NCBI GenBank assembly: GCA_944383355.1 | Contig: CALWPF010000006.1 | Span: 429-64,428 of the forward strand | Reading direction: 5' to 3' | DNA from: an uncultured Clostridia bacterium | GTDB taxonomy: Bacteria; Bacillota; Clostridia; Christensenellales; UBA1242 | DNA length: 64,000 bases | Shown here: positions 18,859 through 29,137 of the stretch, one piece after another | Numbering within the stretch: the first letter of the stretch is position 1 | Layout of the letters: the number at the start of each line of letters is the position of its first letter | Notes under the pieces: generated by a model | What the model was told of the DNA's origin: nothing | The model's database searches: none | What the model saw: the letters and a program-made list of their open reading frames with translations, nothing else | Made by a program: the position numbers and the translations under genes

Positions 18859-20079
18859 TTATTTTATAGTTAGTTGTGGGATAAATGTAGCTGTAGCTTC
18901 ATCGGATTTTTGAGTGTAATGTGCTACTATATCCTCAGGGCTATCCTGTATAACATGGATTACATATTCGTCTTGAGGTTGCTTTTCTTTCATCTTGTGC
19001 CACAGTATTGATTTGTCATGTTTATCCAATTTTTCTTGTTTGATTTCTTGGTAAGTTTTCTTTTCCTTTTTTACATTAGGAGATATAGTAGTTGATTTTT
19101 TGTCTGTGCTATTTGAGTTACTGTTATTTTTATCTACTTGCCTCAGCAATAGACATGAATGTTCTTCATTAGAGCAGTGTAATTCAAATTCATTTATTAA
19201 CTCATTAAAACTGTGTATATCTTCTATTGGAGTTTTAATTCTTTGCGTTACAGTTTTTTGAACAGTTTTACGGTGATGAGCTAACATCTTTGTGCCATAT
19301 TCCATACGCTCAACACTACACCCGCTTGCAGTAGGTGTAATCTTGTAATGGTGACACTCTCTCAATACTCTAAAAAATGTATCAATTATCATATCTTTTG
19401 ATAGCATTTCACCATTTTTACCAAAACTATAGTTGATTTCATGTTTTTGGACTCCGCCACGGTGACGGTGTATGGCGAGGTCTTTTATATTTTCTACCTC
19501 AGGGGCATATTCGGGATAACTATGTGCTGCCTTTGCTGAGTAATATGTAGTAGCCTGATTTATTGATATTGGTACTTTACTATCCGGTGTATAGTTTATT
19601 ACAAAATAATAATCTTTATTTAATGCAAAAAATGGTATATCCAAAAATTGTGTATAAATTAGTTTAGTATTGGTGGGTGGGATATATCCACTATGAGCGC
19701 TGTTACGGAATTTTGATGTTTCTCTATTGATGTCCAGTGGCATATCGTAATAAATTTCGTTTGCACAAGTTATAGCAATCTGTATTGATGTTTTGTCTTG
19801 GACATCTTTGCCTATTGATAGTGACAAGTCGCTATCAAACATACCTTCTTTGCATTTTAATTGTATTGGTATGACTAGTGTAGTGTCTTGCTCATCACTG
19901 TACTGCACATCAACGCTTTGCATATCACTTATTTTTGTGAATGCATTACAAAAAATCTTATTTTGTGCCATGTGTGCCATTGCATCTATGAGTAATTGTT
20001 GTTGAGTTTTGTTTAAATGTGGTGAGACTAAGTTTTGTAATGTAGATTGATTTTGGACAAAATTGGATAGAGGCGGCAT
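18859..20079 (-). CDS. Hypothetical protein (406 aa), no family recognised
   Basis: A long clean ORF with GGAGGG upstream on the minus strand. His-rich stretches (HRHRGG, AHHRK) and a Lys/Glu-rich C-terminal third. Confidence 0.6.
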   Translation of the reverse strand: MPPLSNFVQNQSTLQNLVSPHLNKTQQQLLIDAMAHMAQNKIFCNAFTKISDMQSVDVQYSDEQDTTLVIPIQLKCKEGMFDSDLSLSIGKDVQDKTSIQIAITCANEIYYDMPLDINRETSKFRNSAHSGYIPPTNTKLIYTQFLDIPFFALNKDYYFVINYTPDSKVPISINQATTYYSAKAAHSYPEYAPEVENIKDLAIHRHRGGVQKHEINYSFGKNGEMLSKDMIIDTFFRVLRECHHYKITPTASGCSVERMEYGTKMLAHHRKTVQKTVTQRIKTPIEDIHSFNELINEFELHCSNEEHSCLLLRQVDKNNSNSNSTDKKSTTISPNVKKEKKTYQEIKQEKLDKHDKSILWHKMKEKQPQDEYVIHVIQDSPEDIVAHYTQKSDEATATFIPQLTIK

Positions 20080-20183
20080 AATATCCCTCCAAAACTTTTT
20101 CTAGACATATTATACCACAAAAAAGCATATTGTGCAATATCCGTAGCTCGATTTAGTGATTATTCTAAATAAGGTATTGTGGA

Positions 20184-20191
20184 CATACAAT
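20184..20191 (+). promoter_or_regulatory. Sigma-E-like -10 element upstream of yqfC
   Basis: CATACAAT lies 24 nt upstream of the yqfC ATG and matches the sigma-E -10 consensus as I recall it (CATACAnT). No convincing -35 was found. Confidence 0.3.
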
Positions 20192-20214
20192 ACTATATAA
20201 ATGGGGGCTAGCCT

Positions 20215-20484
20215 ATGTTTTTGAATGAATTAAGCCAAAAGTTAAGTATGCAAATTGATGATATATTGGGAGGCTTTAGAGTAACCAATGTAAACAATAA
20301 GGCTGTAATAATAGATGCAAAAGCGGTAATTGATATATATAATTCATGCAAAATCGTGTTGTCTGTCAAGCGACATAAGATTTTTGTATATGGCAATAAC
20401 ATGACCATAGTCGATTATGGTGCAGGGCAGACAGTGATAAAGGGGAATATAATTTGCATTAGTGATAGAGAGGTGAATTTGTGA
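20215..20484 (+). CDS. yqfC: Sporulation protein YqfC (YabP/YqfC family)
   Basis: 89 aa with the family-like pattern (..VYGNNMTIVDYG..VIKGNIICI). Its stop overlaps the start of the yqfD homolog (GTGA). Confidence 0.7.
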   Translation: MFLNELSQKLSMQIDDILGGFRVTNVNNKAVIIDAKAVIDIYNSCKIVLSVKRHKIFVYGNNMTIVDYGAGQTVIKGNIICISDREVNL

Positions 20485-21608
20485 AATTTGGTCTAGGGAG
20501 AGCACATATAAAGGTCGAAGGCGTTAACCTAGTAAGGTTATTAAATAATCTCAAAGCTCAAGGTATCGTAATATCAAAAATTATTAGGCAAGAATCCAAT
20601 TGTGTAGAGATGCAAATACCATACGAATACCTACCTCATTTGATTGCTAAATGTAGGGAATTGTGTTATACTACCACTATACTTTCTATCCCTTGGTATG
20701 TTAGATTGTATAGGTGTATATTTTCACATATAGGAATGGTATCTGGTGTTTTTGTGGCGAGTATTGTTATAGCAATATGTGGTCAACTATGTTTGGGTAT
20801 CTCGGTACAATGCAGTGATAAAGAGCTTGAGGATAGTATCCAACAATATTTGAGTGCAGATGCTGTACTATGGCATGCAAAGTCTAATATAGATTGTGTC
20901 AGTATAGAGCAGGAGTTGCTTGATGAGTTTGAGGAAATTAGCCTATTGGATATATCTTTTCGTGGAGTTTATATGATAGTCAATACCACACTTGCTACAC
21001 CACCAATTGATACTGAGGTCGATGAGGGCGGTGCTATTCTAGCAAAGGCTGATGGTGTAGTCACTAGGATACACTTGGTATCTGGCACTGCTGAGGTCAA
21101 GGTCGGTGATGTGGTGACTGAGGGGCAGGTGCTCATATCCAATTACTATATTGATAGGCTGGGTGAGCGTGTTGAGTGCGAGGCTGAGGGGACTGTATAT
21201 GCCACTAAATGGTACTCGGCTACAGTAGACTTTGCTATCAACACTATAGAATATACTCGTACCGGAGAATGCTTGGTAGAGACCAGTTTGAGCTTTTTGG
21301 GTAAAGAGATACCTCTAGGCGTGCCTGTTGATTTACCACAACATTATGATGTTGAGGTAGTTAAACAACCTTTTGGAGAAACCGCATTACCTGTATATGT
21401 AATTTTTACACAATATTATCCTACTACTGCAGTGGAGGTTACTAGAGATTTTGAGTCACAGCGTGAGGCACTGATTTATGAGGCAAAGGAGTTGGCGCTC
21501 TCTCAATGTGACGAGTCTATGGTAGTAGACCAAAAACATACTATTAGCCTAGTAGGCGGAGTGTACTTTGTGACATACTATTTGAGTGTGGATAGACAAA
21601 TTTCTTAG
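20481..21608 (+). CDS. yqfD: Sporulation protein YqfD
   Basis: GTG start. N-terminus HIKVEGVNLVRLLNNLKAQGIVI, a central TM helix, then a beta-rich C-terminal half, as in YqfD. Confidence 0.75.
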   Translation: MKFGLGRAHIKVEGVNLVRLLNNLKAQGIVISKIIRQESNCVEMQIPYEYLPHLIAKCRELCYTTTILSIPWYVRLYRCIFSHIGMVSGVFVASIVIAICGQLCLGISVQCSDKELEDSIQQYLSADAVLWHAKSNIDCVSIEQELLDEFEEISLLDISFRGVYMIVNTTLATPPIDTEVDEGGAILAKADGVVTRIHLVSGTAEVKVGDVVTEGQVLISNYYIDRLGERVECEAEGTVYATKWYSATVDFAINTIEYTRTGECLVETSLSFLGKEIPLGVPVDLPQHYDVEVVKQPFGETALPVYVIFTQYYPTTAVEVTRDFESQREALIYEAKELALSQCDESMVVDQKHTISLVGGVYFVTYYLSVDRQIS

Positions 21609-21634
21609 TTAATCAGGAGAAAAGAGTAATTTTT

Positions 21635-22135
21635 ATGCAAGTATTATTGACAAATAAGACTGATGCAGTATTGCCAAATGCAAAAGTGCTGACAAAAGTG
21701 GCAAAGTTTATATTAAAAGAGCAAGGTCAACCTACCCGTCATATTTCTGTTGGCGTTTTTTATGTAGATGAGGCGGAGATACAAAAGATAAACAAGGAGT
21801 ACCGTAACCTTGACAAACCAACTGATGTAATTTCGTTTCGCTTGTTAAATAATCCAGAATTCAAAAAAATAAACAAAAAGAATTTTGCATTAGATTATGA
21901 CAAGGATAATCATACTATTTATATTGGTGAGATATTTATTTGCGAGAGTGTAGCTAGTGCTCAGGCAAAAGAATGGCAACATAGTCAATATCGTGAGGTA
22001 GTGGAGTTGTTTTGTCATGGAATGTTGCATTTGCTAGGGTATGATCACGAAGAGGAGCAAGATATGCTAGTGATGCGTGAGCATGAGCAAATAATCTGTG
22101 AGCACCTTGATAAAATGTTAAAAAATGTCAAGTAG
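21635..22135 (+). CDS. ybeY: rRNA maturation endoribonuclease YbeY
   Basis: HGMLHLLGYDH zinc motif. 166 aa. Confidence 0.9.
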   Translation: MQVLLTNKTDAVLPNAKVLTKVAKFILKEQGQPTRHISVGVFYVDEAEIQKINKEYRNLDKPTDVISFRLLNNPEFKKINKKNFALDYDKDNHTIYIGEIFICESVASAQAKEWQHSQYREVVELFCHGMLHLLGYDHEEEQDMLVMREHEQIICEHLDKMLKNVK

Positions 22136-22189
22136 TACAATAATCATGGCATTAATCTACAATTTATTTACAAGGGGTAAGTATTGTCT

Positions 22190-22579
22190 ATGGATAAAAG
22201 TGTGGTAGACAAGTTGGTAGAAAAAGCAAAAAAATTTTCTGAGTACGCATACTGTCCGTACTCGGATATACCCATTGGAGCGTGCGTTTTGACACAAAAT
22301 GGTATGCTTTTTGGTGGTTGTAATATAGAAAATGTTTGCCTAAATGGTAGTCTGGGAGCAATAGAGGTGGCAGTGAGCAAGGCTGTTAGCGAGGGGTGTT
22401 ACAATATCATGGCAGTGGCAGTGTATAGCGACAATATGCTACCTTTTCCAACTGGGGCAGAGAGGCAAATTTTGCGTGAGTTTAGCAGTAAGGCACAGGT
22501 TATCATAGCGAATGGCAAGGGGGACTATGAGGAGTTGAGTATGCAAGAATTGTTGCCATTTAACCGTGAAAAAGAATAG
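22190..22579 (+). CDS. Cytidine deaminase homolog lacking the zinc ligands and catalytic Glu (probable pseudoenzyme)
   Basis: Aligns along its full length with homotetrameric Cdd (AYCPYS, GGCNIEN, SKAVSEG, ELLP). It reads GAIE where CAER is expected and PTGAERQ where PCGACRQ is expected. TTG at 22184 is an alternative start. Confidence 0.75.
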   Translation: MDKSVVDKLVEKAKKFSEYAYCPYSDIPIGACVLTQNGMLFGGCNIENVCLNGSLGAIEVAVSKAVSEGCYNIMAVAVYSDNMLPFPTGAERQILREFSSKAQVIIANGKGDYEELSMQELLPFNREKE

Positions 22580-22607
22580 ACTTTTGTATACTAGGGGGGT
22601 AAAAATT

Positions 22608-23498
22608 ATGGCATTTAGGTCGGGCTTTGTAGCTGTTGTTGGCAAGCCTAATGTGGGTAAATCAACTCTAGTCAATGCTTTGCTTGGACATAAAGTGTCT
22701 ATAGTATCTCCAAAGGCACAGACAACCCGTAACAATATAATGGGGGTGCTCAATGGCGATGATTATCAAATTGTTTTTATTGATACACCAGGTATACACA
22801 AGGCAAAAAACAACCTAGACAAGTATATGCAAAAAAGCATTGATACAGCTACTAGTGATATCAATTTAATGCTGTATGTGTTAGATGGATCACGAGATTT
22901 TGATGCTGCTGACTTGAATACTTTGCAAAAATATTGTAATGCTGAGTACCCAGTGATAGCGGTAGTAAACAAAATTGATACAGGTAATTTTGAGAGCATA
23001 TACCCAAGAATAGCAAAATTAAATGATATAAAAGGGCTAAAAGATGTGTATGCAGTATCAGCAAAAGATGGCAAAAATTTGTCCATGTTGCTAGAGGCTA
23101 TTTTGCCTTTTATGACAGATAACATAAAGTACTTTCCTGATGATGAAAGGACAGACAAAGGGATAGAGTTTGTACTAGCAGAGATTATTAGGGAAAAAAC
23201 TCTGTGGCTATTAGATGATGAGATACCTCACGGTATTGGCGTGCGTATTGACCTGGTAGAGGACAAGCCACACACAGCAGTGATACATGCAACAATGTTT
23301 TGTGAAAAAGATTCACACAAAAATATTATTATTGGCAACAAAGGGAGTATGTTGTCTCGTATAGGTACCGAGAGTAGGAATGCAATGCAAAAGGTGCTAA
23401 ATAAGCCTGTATACCTAGATATATTTGTAAAAGTCAAACCAAATTGGCGAGACCGTGAGGGCGTGATGAGTGATTTGGGTTATCATTCTAGTGAGTGA
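22608..23498 (+). CDS. era: GTPase Era
   Basis: GKPNVGKST (G1), DTPG (G3), NKID (G4) and a C-terminal KH domain. ATG at 22608 follows GGGGGG. The track start at 22566 is over-extended. Confidence 0.95.
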   Translation: MAFRSGFVAVVGKPNVGKSTLVNALLGHKVSIVSPKAQTTRNNIMGVLNGDDYQIVFIDTPGIHKAKNNLDKYMQKSIDTATSDINLMLYVLDGSRDFDAADLNTLQKYCNAEYPVIAVVNKIDTGNFESIYPRIAKLNDIKGLKDVYAVSAKDGKNLSMLLEAILPFMTDNIKYFPDDERTDKGIEFVLAEIIREKTLWLLDDEIPHGIGVRIDLVEDKPHTAVIHATMFCEKDSHKNIIIGNKGSMLSRIGTESRNAMQKVLNKPVYLDIFVKVKPNWRDREGVMSDLGYHSSE

Positions 23499-23562
23499 GT
23501 AATATACAAATAAATACATATTTTTGTCGAAATACTACACAATATCATAGAGGTGTGGTATT

Positions 23563-23739
23563 ATGAAAAAAGATAAAAAGTTAAAGCAACAATTGTGGCA
23601 ACAAAAGTTATCTAATCTCGCTTGGAAAAATTTTTGCGAGTCAGGTGAGATAGGCGCATATTTGTTTTACAAGGAAGTGAGCAAAGGACAAGACAATGCA
23701 AGAGAGTATTTTGAAAGGGATAGTACTGAGGGCGATTGA
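23563..23739 (+). CDS. yqzL: YqzL-family small protein (58 aa, below the track cut-off)
   Basis: ATG follows GAGGTG. W..F..SGEIGAYLFYKE matches the YqzL signature. It sits between era and recO as in B. subtilis. Its 3' end overlaps recO by 44 nt. Confidence 0.6.
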   Translation: MKKDKKLKQQLWQQKLSNLAWKNFCESGEIGAYLFYKEVSKGQDNAREYFERDSTEGD

Positions 23740-24421
23740 TTGGAGTGAAAAAGATAAAATATTAACCGTATTTACTCTAGAGCAGGGCAAGGTTTCCATA
23801 GCACTTAAGGGGGTGCGTCAGCAAAAATCAAAGTTAAAATTTGCATCGCAACCGTTGTGTTTTGCTGAGTTCAGTGTAGTGGGTAGCGGTGATATTTTGC
23901 GTTGTACCAATGCTATGGAGCTGGGGAGTTTCTTTGATATTACTAATGACTATGATAGGATTGTGTATGCTAGTGCAATGCTTGAGATGATAGATAGCAC
24001 TACATTGGTTTATGAGAGTAATGCTCCGTTGTTTTTGTGCCTAGCCAAGTCTCTCCAAGCACTGTGTGATAATAACATTGCTGGCAACGCTGTGTTGGCT
24101 AAATTTGTTTTATTCTTGCTCTATAATGCGGGATATGGACTCAACCTTGTTCATTGCAAGGTTTGTGGTGCTAAGTATGATGGAGGTGCTAGCCTAGACC
24201 TCAATACAGGTCAATTAAATTGTCTGCTATGCGGAGATAGTGACAACAAATTGCTGTTGAGTCCACAAGTGTTGCAGAGCTTATCATTACTGGATAGGTT
24301 GGATATCGATGAATTGGGTAAATACAAAGTGCCTAGTGGTGTAGTTGAAGAGATATTGCATATATTAATAACTGATTTTAGTTATAGATTCAATAAGAGG
24401 TTAAAAAGTATCAAGTTTTGA
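23696..24421 (+). CDS. recO: DNA repair protein RecO
   Basis: N-terminal OB-fold region (GIVLRAIDWSEKDKILTVFT) and a zinc-finger CKVCG..CLLCG. Confidence 0.9.
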   Translation: MQESILKGIVLRAIDWSEKDKILTVFTLEQGKVSIALKGVRQQKSKLKFASQPLCFAEFSVVGSGDILRCTNAMELGSFFDITNDYDRIVYASAMLEMIDSTTLVYESNAPLFLCLAKSLQALCDNNIAGNAVLAKFVLFLLYNAGYGLNLVHCKVCGAKYDGGASLDLNTGQLNCLLCGDSDNKLLLSPQVLQSLSLLDRLDIDELGKYKVPSGVVEEILHILITDFSYRFNKRLKSIKF

Positions 24422-24581
24422 TGCTTTTTGTTTTGTACTAAGGTATATTATTTAGGTTATAATAAACAGTGTGTTCAAATTTGAGAAAATTTGTAAAAAA
24501 TATCAAAATAAAAAAAGGATTTTTGGACAAACTTTGCGAATAATACAATTACTAATACTTTTTGGATAAATTTGGAGTAAA

Positions 24582-26501
24582 ATGGCAAAGTTGATTTTTT
24601 CTCCTGAGTGGCTTGATGAATTAAAGTCTAGATGTAGCATTGTAGATGTAATATCACGTTATGTACCACTAAAGAGGAGCAGTAGAGATTATGTAGGGGT
24701 ATGTCCTTTTCACAACGAAAAGACTCCTTCTTTTATGGTAAACGAGGCGGGGCAGTATTACCATTGTTTTGGGTGCAAGGAGTCAGGTGATGTTATCAAA
24801 TTTGTCCAAAAGTATGAAAACATCTCGTTTTATGAGGCTGTCCAAAAACTGGCAGAATCTGCAAATATGCCATTACCTGCTATAGATGATGATAGCGCAA
24901 AGATGATTAGGCAAAAAAAGGCGGAACGGGATCAGATTATTAGACTTTTGCGTGATTGTGCAAAGTATTATTTTGACAATCTATTTACAAATCACCCCCA
25001 AGCCCAATCTGCTAAGGCATATTTGGACAAGCGTGGTATCACTAGACAGAGTATAATTCGGTTTGGTATTGGCTGTAGCCTAGATTTTGAGTCAGTTATC
25101 AACCATTTGAGTAAATTAGGCTATAGTATGGACCTAATGCGAAAGGCTGGGGTGGTATCAGAATCAAATGGCAGGGTATTTGATGCATATGGCAAGCGTC
25201 TAATTTTCCCTCTAATAAACACTGAAGGCGAGGTTTTGGGATTTAGTGGTAGGTTGCTAGAGAATAGAGATTTAGCAAAATACAAAAACACTACTCAAAC
25301 GCCCGTGTTTAACAAATCTGAGGTGGTATTTGCTATTAATCTACTCAAGAAACAACGTGATGTCGAACGCCGTGAGCATGCGACAGCGTATAACGGTCTA
25401 GATTATGTGATAGTGGTAGAGGGCCAAATTGATGTCATATCTATGCATCAGTATGGATTTACAAATACTGTAGCTTGCTTGGGGACAGCACTGACACCAA
25501 TGCATGCACGCAAGATGAAACAATTTAGTGACAATATTGTACTGCTAATGGACGGTGATGAGGCTGGACGCAAGGCGGCTTTGCGAAGTATTGATACATT
25601 GAGAGCTAGTGGATTGAATGTAAGAGTGGTGACAATACCAGACAATCATGACCCTGATGAGTATCTAAAATTGTATGGGGCTGATGCTATGCGTGCATTA
25701 CTGCAAGATTATACTGAGGGTATTGATTACAAGATAAAGGTATTGGCACAAAAGTATGATTTATCATCTAATGCGGATAATTCAAAATTTATACACGAGG
25801 CATTGGTGGTCATCAAAATGCTAAACGAAGAGGCTGAGCAAGATGTGTATTTGAAATTGGTCCAGCAGTATGCAAGTGTGCCTATTGAGGTTTTGAGAGC
25901 AGATTTGCAAAAAATAGATACTGAAAAAGAAAAGCCTTATTATGAGCGCAATGTGGAAGACAAGCCAAAGGCGGTACCAAGTGCGCCTAAAGATGCATAT
26001 ACTTTGGCGGATCAGTTTGTACTGGCTAGCCTATTGTTTCAAAAGCCATATGCCAATCTAAACGATTGTAAAGAAATGGAGTTTGTAGGTAATTTTGCGC
26101 CAGTTTTTGATTATATATTGGAGGCTCGGCGTAGTGGCGGAGTAGCAAGTATTAGCGGTATGTATAGCAGGTTTGATATCGATAATGAGCCCATAGAGGT
26201 AAGAGAATTGATAAATTATACCTTTGCACCCGATCCGCTACCTGAGTATTATTATAAATCTTGTATTCTCAAAAATATTCAAAATAAATATATTCGAGAA
26301 CGGGATAGGTTGGAGACAGAATGCAGTACAGTAACGGATAAAGCACAGCGTGACAAAATACTAGGTAGAATATTTGAATTATCCAACGATATAAAAGATG
26401 TCATTGCACAACAACAAAAGTTGTCTATGGAGCATACGGTCAAGTTGAATGACTTGAAAGCACAAAATATCAAATTTAAAAAACAAAAGTCAGAGGAGTA
26501 A
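24582..26501 (+). CDS. dnaG: DNA primase
   Basis: CHC2 zinc finger [16 protein letters not shown]. Toprim region [15 protein letters not shown]. Confidence 0.95.
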   Translation: MAKLIFSPEWLDELKSRCSIVDVISRYVPLKRSSRDYVGVCPFHNEKTPSFMVNEAGQYYHCFGCKESGDVIKFVQKYENISFYEAVQKLAESANMPLPAIDDDSAKMIRQKKAERDQIIRLLRDCAKYYFDNLFTNHPQAQSAKAYLDKRGITRQSIIRFGIGCSLDFESVINHLSKLGYSMDLMRKAGVVSESNGRVFDAYGKRLIFPLINTEGEVLGFSGRLLENRDLAKYKNTTQTPVFNKSEVVFAINLLKKQRDVERREHATAYNGLDYVIVVEGQIDVISMHQYGFTNTVACLGTALTPMHARKMKQFSDNIVLLMDGDEAGRKAALRSIDTLRASGLNVRVVTIPDNHDPDEYLKLYGADAMRALLQDYTEGIDYKIKVLAQKYDLSSNADNSKFIHEALVVIKMLNEEAEQDVYLKLVQQYASVPIEVLRADLQKIDTEKEKPYYERNVEDKPKAVPSAPKDAYTLADQFVLASLLFQKPYANLNDCKEMEFVGNFAPVFDYILEARRSGGVASISGMYSRFDIDNEPIEVRELINYTFAPDPLPEYYYKSCILKNIQNKYIRERDRLETECSTVTDKAQRDKILGRIFELSNDIKDVIAQQQKLSMEHTVKLNDLKAQNIKFKKQKSEE

Positions 26502-26505
26502 TATT

Positions 26506-27561
26506 TTGGAAATATTAGAAGAGGTAGAGAAGATTAAAGAAGTAGCCCAGAAAAAAGGCTATATCAACAAAGAAGATATTTATGGTCGTTTGTTAAAATC
26601 AGATGCCACAGCAGAGCAAATTGAGGAATTGATGAATTCCTTGAGAGAGCAGGGTGTCACCATAAAGGAAGATGAGGAAGACATTGAGGAAGATAATGCT
26701 TTGCTTGAGAATTTGATAAACCAAGCAAATATTAATGACCCTGTCAAAATGTACTTTAAGGATATAGGCAAGGTAAATCTCTTGACTCCTGAGGAGGAGG
26801 TCGAGCTAGGCAAGCGTATGATGGCTGGTGATGCTAGTGCCAAGCAAAAGTTAGTTGAGGCAAATTTGCGACTAGTTGTCAGTATCGCAAAACGCTATTT
26901 GGGTAAGACCAGTATGAGTTTTAGTGACCTAATCCAAGAGGGTAATATGGGTCTAATAAAGGCGGTAGAGCGTTTTGATTATAGGCGAGGCTTTCACTTT
27001 AGTACCTATGGTACATGGTGGATTAGGCAGGCTATCAGTAGAGCAATAGCAGACCAGGCTAGGACTATTCGTATACCTGTACATATGGTGGAGACAATCA
27101 ATAAATTATCCAGGGTATCTAGGCAACTGTGGCAGTCATTGGGCAGAGAGCCTACAGATAGTGAGATAGCAGAAAAAATGGGTATTAGTGAGGAGCGCAT
27201 TAGCGAGATTAGGCGTATATCTTTGGAACCTACTAGTCTAGAGACTCCTACTGGCGAAGAGGGAGATAGTCAGTTTTATGATTTTGTTGAGGACGAGAGC
27301 GCAAAATCGCCTGCTGATGCTGTTGTGCAAACAATACTCAAGGAGCAATTGTTGGCGGTGGTAGATACTCTTACCCCTCGTGAGCAAAAGGTTATTCGCT
27401 TGCGCTATGGACTAGATGATGCTCACCCTAGGACACTAGAGGAAGTGGGTAAGGAATTTAATGTTACTCGAGAGCGTATTAGACAAATTGAGGCAAAGGC
27501 ACTCAAAAAGTTGCGTAACCCTAGTAGGAGTAAAAAGTTGAGGGATTTTGTAGATGATTAG
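26506..27561 (+). CDS. sigA: Primary RNA polymerase sigma factor (sigma-A/RpoD)
   Basis: TTG start. Region 2 ([29 protein letters not shown]) and region 4 ([21 protein letters not shown]). Confidence 0.95.
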   Translation: MEILEEVEKIKEVAQKKGYINKEDIYGRLLKSDATAEQIEELMNSLREQGVTIKEDEEDIEEDNALLENLINQANINDPVKMYFKDIGKVNLLTPEEEVELGKRMMAGDASAKQKLVEANLRLVVSIAKRYLGKTSMSFSDLIQEGNMGLIKAVERFDYRRGFHFSTYGTWWIRQAISRAIADQARTIRIPVHMVETINKLSRVSRQLWQSLGREPTDSEIAEKMGISEERISEIRRISLEPTSLETPTGEEGDSQFYDFVEDESAKSPADAVVQTILKEQLLAVVDTLTPREQKVIRLRYGLDDAHPRTLEEVGKEFNVTRERIRQIEAKALKKLRNPSRSKKLRDFVDD

Positions 27562-28219
27562 AGATTATTCTAGGCTGGCAGAGATTGTATCTTTGGCAGA
27601 GCGTAGCAAGGTTACAGTAGATGTTGGTTGCGACCATGGTTTTGTTACTGAGTATTTGTTGCGAAATCAAATAGCCGACAAGGTAATTGCTACTGATATT
27701 AGTGAAAAATGTTTAGCAAAGACAAAAAAGTTATTAGAAAAAAAAGAATTGTCAAGCAAGGCTGATTTTTTGCAATGCGATGGCTTGAGTCAAGTACATG
27801 ACAAGGATATTGATCAGATAATTATTGCTGGCATGGGTGGTGGCACCATTGTATCCATATTGGATAATATGAGTGAGGACTGCAAAAGCGCTAGGTTAAT
27901 CTTGCAACCAATGAACGAGTTGCGAGATGTGCGTCTTGCTTTGTGTAGGTTGGGGTACAAAATCACTCGTGATTTGATTGTGCGTGATGAAGATAAATAT
28001 TACCACATCTTGGTCGCAAGTATTGGCACTCAGGAGTTGACTGAGACTCAAATATATTGTGGTGCTGTTGCCGCAGATTATGCTAGTCAAGATTATCAGG
28101 ACTGGTTGGCTTATACTATACAGAGTATGCAAAATATTGTAAAAGATATGCCAGAGAATAATGAACGTAGAGCAAAGTTTTTGCGGGCTATTGACATACT
28201 CAAGAGCGTAAAAAATTAA
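27554..28219 (+). CDS. trmK: tRNA (adenine22-N1)-methyltransferase TrmK
   Basis: [11 protein letters not shown] motif followed by IAGMGG. Overlaps sigA by 8 nt, the same position as yqfN in B. subtilis. Confidence 0.8.
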   Translation: MIRDYSRLAEIVSLAERSKVTVDVGCDHGFVTEYLLRNQIADKVIATDISEKCLAKTKKLLEKKELSSKADFLQCDGLSQVHDKDIDQIIIAGMGGGTIVSILDNMSEDCKSARLILQPMNELRDVRLALCRLGYKITRDLIVRDEDKYYHILVASIGTQELTETQIYCGAVAADYASQDYQDWLAYTIQSMQNIVKDMPENNERRAKFLRAIDILKSVKN

Positions 28220-28236
28220 AGGAGTAGGATACTATA

Positions 28237-28938
28237 ATGTTAGATAATATATTGGAATATCAGAGGAAAGATGCACAGTTGGTTGCTATTGAAAAAGAGA
28301 TAGCCTCTAGCCCTGCAAAAAAGATGGTCAATCAAATGGTAGACTATGTAAAGAGTGCTCAGCAAAAATTGGTGCAAATTGAGAAAAATGCTAGCGTTTT
28401 GATTGTAGAGTTTGAAGAGTTAAAAAATCAATTTGATGAGTCCATCAAGGCAGTAGAAAGTTTAACTAGACAAAAGCTAGATGATCAGACTGAGGCAGAG
28501 TTAAAAGAACAGGCAAGTACAGCCACAAAAGAAAACGCTAAGATATTGAATATTGAAAAAAATATTACTAATTTATCAAAAAAGATAAATGCTACATTAA
28601 AAGATTTTGAAAAGACAAAAGAGCAAGGTAATATGGCAAAACGCAAGTATGAGCAAGGTTTGCAACAGTATAATGATTTTGTTAAAAGTAGACAGGCTCA
28701 GGTCACAAAACTACAAAAAGAATTAGCTGAGTTGGAGAAAAAAGTAGAGCCAAAGATGTTGGCAAAGTATAAAGAGTTGCGTAGTGATAAAAAATTTCCA
28801 ATTTTTGTTCCTCTAATGGGACATTCATGTGGAGCTTGCTCTATGCAGTTGCCTAGTGCAAAGTATGATAGGCTAAAGGCAAATGGTATGCTGGAGTGCG
28901 AGAATTGCCACAGAGTGATATATTTAAAAGACAAATAA
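28237..28938 (+). CDS. Coiled-coil protein with a C-terminal C4 zinc ribbon (COG1579/DUF164-like)
   Basis: A long heptad-rich region followed by CGACSMQL..CENCHRVIY. Confidence 0.7.
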   Translation: MLDNILEYQRKDAQLVAIEKEIASSPAKKMVNQMVDYVKSAQQKLVQIEKNASVLIVEFEELKNQFDESIKAVESLTRQKLDDQTEAELKEQASTATKENAKILNIEKNITNLSKKINATLKDFEKTKEQGNMAKRKYEQGLQQYNDFVKSRQAQVTKLQKELAELEKKVEPKMLAKYKELRSDKKFPIFVPLMGHSCGACSMQLPSAKYDRLKANGMLECENCHRVIYLKDK

Positions 28939-28942
28939 TGAT

Positions 28943-28967
28943 AAGAGGCCTCCAGAGGCCTTTTTTT
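28943..28967 (+). terminator. Rho-independent terminator
   Basis: GC-rich aggcc / ggcct stem followed by ttttttt. Confidence 0.7.
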
Positions 28968-29137
28968 GACATCAATTTACAATGCGTTTTATTTTGAATA
29001 ATATATCAAATCGGTAGATATTATAGAGTTTTTAGTTTAATATTGTTGATTGGTTGAGTATAATTTTTCATTTAGTATGTACCTAATACTCAATCATTTT
29101 TTTGTCTATTTTTTGTTTTGTGCGAATACACTACAGT

